The notes beneath the pieces are model-generated. The model was not told where the DNA came from and ran no database searches. It saw nothing but the letters and a program-made list of their open reading frames with translations. DNA of 44,349 nt from an uncultured Eubacteriales bacterium (GTDB lineage Bacteria > Bacillota > Sulfobacillia > Fermentithermobacillales > Fermentithermobacillaceae). The stretch lies in assembly GCA_964565305.1 (NCBI GenBank), contig CAZMEF010000001.1, positions 363 to 44,711 of the forward strand, read 5' to 3'. This document shows, piece after piece, positions 30,530 to 38,688 of the stretch (positions within the stretch are counted from its first letter, which is position 1; every line of letters begins with the position of its first letter). A program made the translations under genes and the position numbers.

Positions 30530-31977
30530 GAACGCGCCCCTTTCTCCGGCTCCGCCCCATCTTGCGCCCGCGCGGCGTCGCCCGGTGTGGCCGGTGGCTC
30601 GGTATCCCCTTTGACAAGGCTATTGACCAAGTTCGCGGCCTTCTCCTCATCTTCTGTCTTGGCCGCGTCCATCGCCGCCTTGGACAAAGCGGGCCACACG
30701 GAGCGCCCGATGAACACGCCGTTGCTCATTGCGAAGTTAGGGTCGCGTTTCATGGATTGCGTCCACTTCCTAACGCCGTCCCTATGTCTGCCCAACGCTA
30801 GCAAGAGAGTGCCGTGAAGCAATAAGACCGCCGACAGTGCGTAACGATTATCGGGGGATTCTTCCAAAGATTCAAGTTTGTCCGAAAGATTTGCCGCCAT
30901 CTCTTCTCCACGCTTGAAATCGCCTTTGCGCAAGAACAACTCCCCAAGCGCGAGATCGGGCTCAAGAGAAGCGGGGTCAAGCCTTTTTAGGGCGGCGTAG
31001 TGAAGGATCGAGCGGTCGTAATCTTTCTCCGCAGCGAACACGCTGGCAAGGCTCCGGTGGGCTATCGAAAACCCCGGATCTGCCTCCAGGCATTTCTGCC
31101 AATATTCTATGGCTTTTGCGGTGTCCCCTTTTTGGAGATGCACAAGCCCCATGTTGTAGGAGGCGTTCACGTCCTTGGGATGCGACTCCAAAACGCTTTG
31201 CCATATGGCGACGGCCTTGTCTTCGTCTTCCGACGCGATGAATGCCTGGGCAAGGGTATTCATAGTGGTCGTGTTGTCGGGCTCCAATTCCAAAGCTTTT
31301 TCCAGATTCAAAATGGCCTTCTCGGGAACTTTCGTCGCCAGATAACACAATCCGAGGTTGTAGTAGAGCCCCGGGTTATCGGAACCAAGGTTTGCGGCTC
31401 GCGACAGATACTCGATCGCTTTCGTGTAATCTCTAGTGTCGGTGTAGGCGGCCCCCAGATTATGAAGCGCCTGCAAGTTTGTCGGATCAAGTTCGGAAAC
31501 CTCAATCCACTCATCGATCGCTTCCTTGGCGCGCCCTGTAGCGATATATAGTTCGCCAAGTTGAGTTCTGGCGAGTATATTATCCGGCTTAAGATCACGC
31601 GCCTTTTCGGTCATGGCGATGGCCCCGGGGATATCGTTCTTCATTATCAGGATCTTGCCTAAGAAATAGCTGGCGGCGCCGTGTTTTGGATCCAACGCGA
31701 CAGCTCTGCGAAAAGATTCGAGCGCTTTGTCTTCGTCGCCGAGATCGGCGCTCATGATGCCGTAGTAGTAGTGGGCGTTGGCATTCTTGTCGTCGTCGGC
31801 GAGGACCAGATCGAGCTGCTCCTTTGCTTTGTCCATCTCATGAACCTGCATATAGGTGATTGCCAGCTGGAGTCTCGCGCCTTTGCTGCCGCGGGAGCCC
31901 TTAACCTCTTTTTCAAGTCTTTCAATAATGGCCCTGAGGGACCCATCATCCATAGCCACGGCAAAACCCCCACTCAT
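30505..31977 (-). CDS. Tetratricopeptide-repeat protein
   Basis: 490 aa with at least 10 recognisable 34-aa TPR units (A..Y.LG..Y...G....AI..Y..AL.LDP). No TM segment was seen. Its 3' end overlaps the next gene by 25 nt. Confidence 0.8.
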   Translation of the reverse strand: MSGGFAVAMDDGSLRAIIERLEKEVKGSRGSKGARLQLAITYMQVHEMDKAKEQLDLVLADDDKNANAHYYYGIMSADLGDEDKALESFRRAVALDPKHGAASYFLGKILIMKNDIPGAIAMTEKARDLKPDNILARTQLGELYIATGRAKEAIDEWIEVSELDPTNLQALHNLGAAYTDTRDYTKAIEYLSRAANLGSDNPGLYYNLGLCYLATKVPEKAILNLEKALELEPDNTTTMNTLAQAFIASEDEDKAVAIWQSVLESHPKDVNASYNMGLVHLQKGDTAKAIEYWQKCLEADPGFSIAHRSLASVFAAEKDYDRSILHYAALKRLDPASLEPDLALGELFLRKGDFKRGEEMAANLSDKLESLEESPDNRYALSAVLLLHGTLLLALGRHRDGVRKWTQSMKRDPNFAMSNGVFIGRSVWPALSKAAMDAAKTEDEEKAANLVNSLVKGDTEPPATPGDAARAQDGAEPEKGARSWFRRAKK

Positions 31978-32057
31978 CGGTGCCTTTCTTAACGTTTCTT
32001 CCGCAAGATGTATAATACCTCTAGAGATGAAACTTCTCCCGCACCCCCACGCCTCTA

Positions 32058-32092
32058 TTGACGTGTAATAATCCTACGATAATAATAGGATT
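32058..32092 (+). promoter_or_regulatory. Candidate promoter plus inverted-repeat operator of the Rrf2-nifS-nifU operon
   Basis: TTGACG (32058-32063), a 16/17-nt spacer, then TAATAAT. The inverted repeat AATCCTA (32070-32076) / TAGGATT (32086-32092) straddles the -10. AGGAGG lies 8 nt before the ATG at 32118. Confidence 0.45.
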
Positions 32093-32117
32093 TAATGAAA
32101 CGCAGGAGGCTCAAAGA

Positions 32118-32522
32118 ATGCCGTTCAGGCTTTCGACCCGTGGCCATTACGCGGTGCTCATGATGTACGAGCTGGCTAGAGCAGGACGAGCCTACGTGTC
32201 GTTGACAGATATCGCGTCGGCCCAAAGGGTATCCCAGGGTTACCTCGAGCAGATCGTGAAGCCGCTCAGAGAAGCCGGCCTTGTGATAAGCAGAAGGGGC
32301 TTCGGCGGAGGGTACACCCTGGCCAGGCCGCCCGAGGAGGTAACAGTGGGCCAAGTGGTCAGGGCCGTTGAAGGGCCCGTCCTGCCGGTCAAATGCGCGG
32401 GGCTGGCCGCGGCGCCGGACGAATGCCCCGATGACTGCCAAGCGCGTTCTGTGTGGCAAAAGGTGGGGTTAGCCATCGATTCCGTACTGGATTCGGTGAC
32501 GCTTAGGAGTCTTCTGCAGTAG
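32118..32522 (+). CDS. iscR: Rrf2-family transcriptional regulator, IscR-like (three clustered Cys)
   Basis: Start reassigned to MPFRLSTRGHYAVLMMYELA (Rrf2 wHTH). The Cys cluster is VKCAGLAAAPDECPDDC. It sits upstream of nifS/nifU. Confidence 0.8.
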   Translation: MPFRLSTRGHYAVLMMYELARAGRAYVSLTDIASAQRVSQGYLEQIVKPLREAGLVISRRGFGGGYTLARPPEEVTVGQVVRAVEGPVLPVKCAGLAAAPDECPDDCQARSVWQKVGLAIDSVLDSVTLRSLLQ

Positions 32523-32551
32523 TGACGTCTAGGAGCTCGGGGGGTATTGGT

Positions 32552-33709
32552 ATGAGGCGTGTCTACCTGGATCACTCGGCGACGACCCCGGTAAGGGGCG
32601 AGGTCATGGCCGCGATGATGCCTTACTTCGCGAACACCTTCGGGAACGCTTCGAGCGTTCACCGGTGGGGCCGGGAGGCGAGGGCGGGCCTTGAAGAGGC
32701 AAGGACCAAGGTTGCGGAGCTGTTGGGCGCCGAACCTCAGGAGATTATTTTCACCTCAGGTGGCACCGAGTCGGATAACCTCGCCATAAGGGGCATGGCG
32801 TCGCGGCTGAGCGGAAAAGGCAATCACATCATAACCTCGGCCATCGAGCATCACGCCGTTCTCCATACCTGTGAAGATCTTGAAAAGAACGGGTACACCG
32901 TCACGTACCTTCCCGTCGACAAGTACGGGCTTATCGACCCTGAGGACGTAAAGCGAGCCATTACGGACAAGACCATACTGTTAACGCTCATCCACGGCCA
33001 CAACGAGGTGGGCACCATTCAACCTTTGGACGAGATCGGCGCCATCGCAAAGGAAAAGGGCGTCATATTTCACGTCGATGCCGTCCAAAGCGCCGGGAAA
33101 GTGCCCCTCGATGTCAAGAAGACGGCCGTTGACCTCATAAGTCTTTCAAGCCACAAGATGTACGGACCAAAGGGGATCGGGGCGCTTTACGTCAGAAGGG
33201 GCGTCAGGCCCACGCCTTTGGCTACAGGCGGCGGCCACGAACGCGGCCTTAGGGCGGGAACCGAAAACGTAGTCGGAGCGGTGGGGTTTGGAGAGGCTTG
33301 TCGCCTGGCAAAGGAGGAACTGCCGACTGAACCCGCAAGGCTCACGGCTCTTCGCGATCACCTTATCACGGGAATTTTGGAAGGGATCCCGGACACGGTC
33401 CTGAACGGACACCCCACGAAGCGACTTCCGAACCACGTCAATGTCAGCGTCAAGTACATCGAGGGCGAAGCCATGCTCTTGAATCTGGACCTTGTTGGCA
33501 TCGGCGCGTCCTCGGGCTCCGCTTGCACGTCAGGCTCTTTAGAGCCATCTCACGTCCTGTTGGCCATGGGGCTAACGCATGAGCTGGCACACGGTTCTTT
33601 GCGGCTGACTCTTGGCAGAGATACGACAAGAGAAGACCTGGATTACGTGATCGCCTCTTTGGCCCCGATAGTGGCCAAATTGAGAAGCATGTCGGTATTC
33701 GGTCGATAG
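32552..33709 (+). CDS. nifS: Cysteine desulfurase (NifS/IscS class I)
   Basis: Starts MRRVYLDHSATTP. PLP-lysine motif SLSSHKMYGPKG and active-site loop SSGSACTSG. Confidence 0.9.
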   Translation: MRRVYLDHSATTPVRGEVMAAMMPYFANTFGNASSVHRWGREARAGLEEARTKVAELLGAEPQEIIFTSGGTESDNLAIRGMASRLSGKGNHIITSAIEHHAVLHTCEDLEKNGYTVTYLPVDKYGLIDPEDVKRAITDKTILLTLIHGHNEVGTIQPLDEIGAIAKEKGVIFHVDAVQSAGKVPLDVKKTAVDLISLSSHKMYGPKGIGALYVRRGVRPTPLATGGGHERGLRAGTENVVGAVGFGEACRLAKEELPTEPARLTALRDHLITGILEGIPDTVLNGHPTKRLPNHVNVSVKYIEGEAMLLNLDLVGIGASSGSACTSGSLEPSHVLLAMGLTHELAHGSLRLTLGRDTTREDLDYVIASLAPIVAKLRSMSVFGR

Positions 33710-33724
33710 TGGAGGCGCTACAAA

Positions 33725-34108
33725 ATGTACAACGACAAAGTCATGGATCACTTCACAAACCCTCGCAATGTTGGCGAGATAGAGAACGCCGACGGCGTCG
33801 GCCAGGTTGGTAACCCCGTTTGCGGGGACGTGATGCGTATTACCCTTAAGATAAAAGATGACCGGATAGAGGATATTAAGTTTCGCACTTTCGGTTGCGG
33901 CGCGGCGATCGCCACCAGTTCGATGGTTACCGAGCTTGTCAAAGGACTGACGCTCGACGAGGCCATGAGCGTCTCCAATAAGGCGGTGGCCGATGCCTTG
34001 GGCGGGTTGCCCACGCCCAAACTCCATTGCTCGAACTTGGCCGCCGACGCCTTGCACAAAGCTATCGAGGATTATCGTCAAAGAAACGGCCAAGCCATAA
34101 CAGCCTAA
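33725..34108 (+). CDS. nifU: Fe-S cluster assembly scaffold (IscU/NifU N-terminal type)
   Basis: 127 aa with the three scaffold Cys contexts: GNPVCGD, FGCGAAIASS-like (FGCGAAIATSS) and LHCSNLA. Confidence 0.9.
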   Translation: MYNDKVMDHFTNPRNVGEIENADGVGQVGNPVCGDVMRITLKIKDDRIEDIKFRTFGCGAAIATSSMVTELVKGLTLDEAMSVSNKAVADALGGLPTPKLHCSNLAADALHKAIEDYRQRNGQAITA

Positions 34109-34272
34109 GAGCCCCTCAACGTCCACATCCCCGGGGCGGGATCCGATAATGTGATCGTTGTCGAAGGCGCTCGAATCCGCTGATACATGCGGAACAGCGT
34201 TCGAGGCGGAAGCGTCTTACCACACGAAAGATTTACTTTTTCGCGCGAAACAATCGACCGGGGTGATTCCAT

Positions 34273-36459
34273 TTGAGAAACTCTGCCCAAAGAAAGAGCG
34301 TCAAAAAACCGGACCGCGCATTACTCATCTTGTTGTCTTGTGCCTTGTTCGTATCGCTCCTATCTCCCGTTTCGTACGCGGCGCCCGGAGGGCCGGTGCC
34401 GCCCACGCTTGAGGGATTTGAGGCCGTGGTGGTAGGAGACGTCTGCAATGTCAGGACCGGCCCGGACACAAAATACGATTGGAAAGGCGAGGCCCGGCGA
34501 GGAGAACGCGTCCTTGTGCAAGGTTACGATAACGGATGGTATCTGGTGAAGACCAAATCGTGTGAGGGTTACATAGCAGGATGGTTGGTAGATGTTGACC
34601 TGTCGTCTCGAGGAGTCTCCGCCCGGATAACGAAAAGCGATGTCAACGTTCGCGAAGGGCCCGATCTGTCTTTCGAAGTCAAGTTCATGGTCGGTCCCGG
34701 CACGGTCCTGCCTGCCGAAGCGCGTAGAGGAGACTGGATCCGCGTGACGCTCGGCGACGGAGCTGATGGATGGATAAGAGAGGACCTGCTGGTTCTCGAG
34801 TACAGAGTCATCGAGTCGGAACCCGCCACCGGTCTGATGGTGTTCCCTGCCGGACAAAGCCTAAGCGTCACCCACAGCGCGATGGTCAGTTCGGAAGTTT
34901 TGGCGACCTTGAGTCGGGGCGAATCGGCACGACTTGTGGGTTGTAGGGGAGCTTACATAGCGGTCGTAACGTCCAAGGGCGTAGGGGGATGGGTCTACGG
35001 GCCGCAGGCCACGGTCATCTCCTCAAACGACGGGGCTCTCTCATTCGGAGTATCGGCATCGTCGTGGAGTCTTGGGAGATATTCGACCTTCAAAGTGAAC
35101 GCCACGGATGTCAATTTCCGGTCCGGCCCCGGGACAAGCTATCCCGCAATCGGGATGCTGCAAAAGGGCGATACGCTACGGTTGATTGAGACTCAAGGGG
35201 ACTGGATCAGGGCCGTCTCGCCGAAAGGCGTGACCGGTTGGGTCGCTTCTTGGCTGACGACAGGCGCTTCCGACGCCAAGGGCTTCACGGTCACCGCCGA
35301 CGCCTCTGGTAAAGCCAGGACAGTTACCGTCACAGGCGATTTCCAGAGCGCCGTTATCCTGCCGGGCCCGGACGGCACCTCAGTTACCATAAGCACATCG
35401 GTTCTTCTTGGCACTGACGTGCTGTTGCCGGTCAACGCGTTTGAGTTCGAAAGTTTGAGGGTCTCGGGCAGTGACGTAACGGTGAATCTCCTGGGGAGGT
35501 CGTCTTACTCGGTCAAAACCAACGTCCGGGGAAAAGTCGTCGTCGAATTCGCTCCCGAGATCACGGGGATCACCATGACTCCGAAACAGGACGGGGACTA
35601 CCTCACGGTTGATACTCTTGGCTTCGCTTGGCCGGATGTTACCCGGAATGGCAATAACATTGACCTTTTTGTGGCAGGAGCCTCCTTTACGGGCAGCGCC
35701 ACAAACCAACCGGGCGGCTCGGCCAGATTGGCCGCGGTGGGGGCCAAGGATGGAGGCACCAATGTGTCCGTCACCGCCCCGACAAATACCGCGTACGTCT
35801 TGACGCGAGATTCCAACGCGTTGACGGCCAAGTTTCAAAAACCGGGTTTGGCGGGAAAGACCATCGTAGTGGACCCGGGTCACGAGGCGGACGATCCCGG
35901 GGCGGTGGGACCGACGGGCCTGGCTGAAAGGAACGTCAACTGGGAGATAGCATTGCGCTTGGCAGAACTCCTGAGACAACAAGGAGCCAACGTCATAGTC
36001 ACCAGAAACGGCACTTTCGAGTCGTCGCCCGCGCCGGAAGACTGGGTTCCCGGTTTGGACGAGTACTCGGGATCTTTGGCCCGGAGGGTCGCCTGGTCGA
36101 AAGGGGCCGATCTTTTCGTGTCGATCCACAACGACTCGGCTTACGATCGCTCCGCCGGAGGAACCGCGTCGTATGTCTGCGACAGAACGCTCAATTGCGC
36201 GGAATCGAGAAGGCTTGCGAACTTGATCCAGTCTAGTCTCTGTCCCATACTGGGCACCAAAAACAGGGGCATCAACGACTCCAATCTGTTCGTAGTGAGA
36301 GAATCGTCTTGCCCGGCCGTGCTCGTCGAAGTTATGTTCATATCGAATTACACCGAAGAATCGTATCTGCGGAAGGCCAACACCTGGGAACTGGCGGCGT
36401 CAGGGATATGCAACGCCATCGAAAGCTTCTTCTCGCCCGCCGGGTCCGCCGGGATCTAG
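34273..36459 (+). CDS. Secreted SH3b-repeat N-acetylmuramoyl-L-alanine amidase (Amidase_3)
   Basis: 728 aa. Signal peptide ending VSYAAP, four SH3b-like repeats (NVR.GP......G....G....GW..V....GW), a central beta-rich region of about 190 aa, and a C-terminal Amidase_3 domain (IVVDPGHEADDPGAVGP..L.ERNVNWEIA, SIHNDS). TTG start is presumed. Confidence 0.8.
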   Translation: MRNSAQRKSVKKPDRALLILLSCALFVSLLSPVSYAAPGGPVPPTLEGFEAVVVGDVCNVRTGPDTKYDWKGEARRGERVLVQGYDNGWYLVKTKSCEGYIAGWLVDVDLSSRGVSARITKSDVNVREGPDLSFEVKFMVGPGTVLPAEARRGDWIRVTLGDGADGWIREDLLVLEYRVIESEPATGLMVFPAGQSLSVTHSAMVSSEVLATLSRGESARLVGCRGAYIAVVTSKGVGGWVYGPQATVISSNDGALSFGVSASSWSLGRYSTFKVNATDVNFRSGPGTSYPAIGMLQKGDTLRLIETQGDWIRAVSPKGVTGWVASWLTTGASDAKGFTVTADASGKARTVTVTGDFQSAVILPGPDGTSVTISTSVLLGTDVLLPVNAFEFESLRVSGSDVTVNLLGRSSYSVKTNVRGKVVVEFAPEITGITMTPKQDGDYLTVDTLGFAWPDVTRNGNNIDLFVAGASFTGSATNQPGGSARLAAVGAKDGGTNVSVTAPTNTAYVLTRDSNALTAKFQKPGLAGKTIVVDPGHEADDPGAVGPTGLAERNVNWEIALRLAELLRQQGANVIVTRNGTFESSPAPEDWVPGLDEYSGSLARRVAWSKGADLFVSIHNDSAYDRSAGGTASYVCDRTLNCAESRRLANLIQSSLCPILGTKNRGINDSNLFVVRESSCPAVLVEVMFISNYTEESYLRKANTWELAASGICNAIESFFSPAGSAGI

Positions 36460-37284
36460 GACTTCCGCATGCGAGGCTTTGGCCTCGGCCGGAGGGAAGA
36501 GTTTGTCCATAGTCGTAAATGTGTAGCCGCGTTCCCTTAGCGTGTCGATTATGATTGGGAGGGCCTGTACGGAACCTGAAAGATCCTCTCCGGGCCCTCC
36601 CGAAGAATGTTGCAGTATGACGGCTCCGGGAGCCACCATTTCCATCACCTTTCCCACGACCGTATCCCTGTCCAAGCCTCGCCAGTCCAAGGAATCGATG
36701 GACCACAACGCCACTCTGTAACCTAATGAAGCCGCTTGCTCCACGAGGTTCGGCGATATGGCTCCGTACGGTGGACGAAACAGACCGGAACCGGTGACGC
36801 CTGCCCGGGCAAACGCTTCTTCGGCGGCGCACAGCTGGCTTTGCAGTCCGTTGGTGCCCGACGCCTTCTGGATCACCGGGTGAGAATATGAGTGGTTTCC
36901 GATGAGATGCCCTTCAGAGATTATCCTCCTGGCCACTTCCGGGTACTCGTCGACCCGGTTCCCTATCAAGAAAAATGTCGCGGTCACGCCCTTGGAGGCC
37001 AACACGTCCAATACCTGCGGCGTATACAACCTGTCCGGTCCATCATCAAAGGTCAAGGCCGCCACCTTGTGCTCGGACGGCCCCTGACGCAAAACAAGGC
37101 TGGGATAAAGCCTCACGAGATCGAGTTCCCCAAGAAGCCTATTGTCCCGCTCTGAACCTCCAACAAGTTTCACAAGCCGGGACGAAAGATTACCTTTCAC
37201 TGCCGGGTCCGAGTAGTACGCCAGCGCCGCTACGAGCGCGACAACGATGAGCCCTGTGATGACCGCCTCTATCCTGCTTTTCAT
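36400..37284 (-). CDS. Polysaccharide (peptidoglycan) deacetylase, NodB-homology domain
   Basis: 294 aa. N-terminal TM, NodB motifs LTFDDGPD, HSYSHP and RPPYG. Its 3' end overlaps the amidase 3' end by 60 nt (convergent). Confidence 0.85.
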   Translation of the reverse strand: MKSRIEAVITGLIVVALVAALAYYSDPAVKGNLSSRLVKLVGGSERDNRLLGELDLVRLYPSLVLRQGPSEHKVAALTFDDGPDRLYTPQVLDVLASKGVTATFFLIGNRVDEYPEVARRIISEGHLIGNHSYSHPVIQKASGTNGLQSQLCAAEEAFARAGVTGSGLFRPPYGAISPNLVEQAASLGYRVALWSIDSLDWRGLDRDTVVGKVMEMVAPGAVILQHSSGGPGEDLSGSVQALPIIIDTLRERGYTFTTMDKLFPPAEAKASHAEVLDPGGPGGREEAFDGVAYP

Positions 37285-37317
37285 AAAGAACCCCCGTGGG
37301 TTAGTCTCCCGCGGGGG
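37285..37317 (-). terminator. Hairpin/terminator after pmbA, overlapping the deacetylase ribosome-binding region
   Basis: Minus-strand RNA reads CCCCCGCGGG-AGACUAA-CCCACGGGGG followed by UUCUUU and then the AUG at 37284. The stem pairs 9 of 10 positions. Confidence 0.5.
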
Positions 37318-37341
37318 GCGTGTTTTTAGCGAAAACCGTAA

Positions 37342-38688
37342 CTAAAACGACGTGGCGCCTGTGAAGTTGAACTCCTTGATCTTGACGATGGGCAGGACGG
37401 GTTCAAAAGTGCTCCACCAGTCCCTTGTGATCCTGGATGTCTTGGATAAGGACTCAACGCGCCCGAAAGCGTCAACCATAGATTCGGTGAACCGCAGGTT
37501 CTTGACCCTGGCCACGATACGGCCATCTTCGATCAAGAAAGTTCCGTCCCTGGTCGTTCCCGTTGCAACAACCCGTGAGGGTTCGGGACAGTGCGTGTAG
37601 TGGAATCTCGTCACGATCAAGCCCCGCTTCGTCGAGCCGATCATCTCTTCCAGGGTCGAGTCACCTGTGTCCATGAACATGTTCGTGGGCATAGGCCCGG
37701 GATTCCAGGCGGAATCGCCGCCTTTGTGCCCTGTGGTCCGCACCCCGTCCCGGGTGGCGGTCCTGAAATCGTAGACGACCGCGTTGGCGACGCCCTTGTC
37801 GATAATGACGACTTTTCGTTTCGGCATCCCTTCCGGATCGAAAGGAATCGCCATTCCCCTTGTGTCCAGACCGTCGTCCCATATGGTGACGTTATCCCCA
37901 AGGACCTTTTGGCCCATCTTGTCGGACATGAAGCTTCGCCCCTGCTGCTTGGCCTCAGCGTCGAAAGAATAGATCCCGAAGAAACGGATCAAATCGGCCA
38001 CAGCGTACTCCATGAAAATAGTATCGTACCGGCCGGGAGGCAGATCGCGCGCGTCAGGATATAACGTTGCGCGTTCAAGCGCCTCCTCCGCGCAAGCGGC
38101 GACGTCTATCTCCCGAACGTCTCTCTTGAGTCTATCGCCGTAACCCGTGTTGGGGCCGGATCCCACGATGCACCGGAAAAACGCCTCGGTGGACGAGTTG
38201 TAGGCTCGTACGCCGGTGCTGCTGGCCACCGCCTTCTCTCGAACTCCCGTTGAGAAAGTTCCCGCTGCCGTGAGCCCCTTCGCCCTGGCAACCGAAATGG
38301 CGACCCCACACGCGTCCGCCCGCTCGCGGGGCTTAAACGAGGCTGTGCCGGGAACGTATGTCTGAACGGAGCCCGACGCCTCAGGTTTGGGCAGCCCGGG
38401 AAACGACTCATCTTCGCCGGAGGCCTCCATGTTTTCCAGTGCCGACTGAACGGCCCACCGAAGCGACCCGTCATCCAGGAGGTTAACTTGCGACTTTCCG
38501 GAGCGTTTCTTCTTGATGACCCGGACGGTCAGGAGGTGATCTTGACGGCGCAAGTTTTGGTGGATGTGGTTGTCGTAAAATCGGGTGAGCGCTATGTCTT
38601 CAGTTTCCAACAACGCTTCGATCTCGAAACCGGAGGCGTAGGATATGACCTTGTCCAAAATCTTTCGGGCATCGTCTTTTCCGATCAT
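37342..38688 (-). CDS. pmbA: TldE/PmbA-family metalloprotease subunit
   Basis: Start reassigned to the ATG at 38688 (ATGA overlap with the tldD stop), giving MIGKDDARKILDKVISYA and 448 aa. TldD/PmbA fold without the HExxxH motif. The track ORF's 84-aa N-extension lies inside tldD. Confidence 0.85.
   Translation of the reverse strand: MIGKDDARKILDKVISYASGFEIEALLETEDIALTRFYDNHIHQNLRRQDHLLTVRVIKKKRSGKSQVNLLDDGSLRWAVQSALENMEASGEDESFPGLPKPEASGSVQTYVPGTASFKPRERADACGVAISVARAKGLTAAGTFSTGVREKAVASSTGVRAYNSSTEAFFRCIVGSGPNTGYGDRLKRDVREIDVAACAEEALERATLYPDARDLPPGRYDTIFMEYAVADLIRFFGIYSFDAEAKQQGRSFMSDKMGQKVLGDNVTIWDDGLDTRGMAIPFDPEGMPKRKVVIIDKGVANAVVYDFRTATRDGVRTTGHKGGDSAWNPGPMPTNMFMDTGDSTLEEMIGSTKRGLIVTRFHYTHCPEPSRVVATGTTRDGTFLIEDGRIVARVKNLRFTESMVDAFGRVESLSKTSRITRDWWSTFEPVLPIVKIKEFNFTGATSF

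Noticed and set aside
33585-33602. Sigma-54-like TGGCAC ... TTTGC motif, of interest because rpoN is in the window
   Set aside because: The GG-to-GC spacing is 3 nt too long for a -24/-12 promoter, and the site lies inside the nifS coding sequence. I found no well-spaced TGGCAC-N5-TTGC in any intergenic region of the window.
34170-34250. Imperfect hairpin (CTCGAA-TCCGC...GCGGA...TTCGAG) and the 12-nt palindrome TTTCGCGCGAAA (34239-34250) between nifU and the amidase gene, considered as a terminator or riboswitch
   Set aside because: No U-tract follows the hairpin, I recognise no riboswitch consensus, and the palindrome is too short to interpret. It was noted only as a structured spacer.
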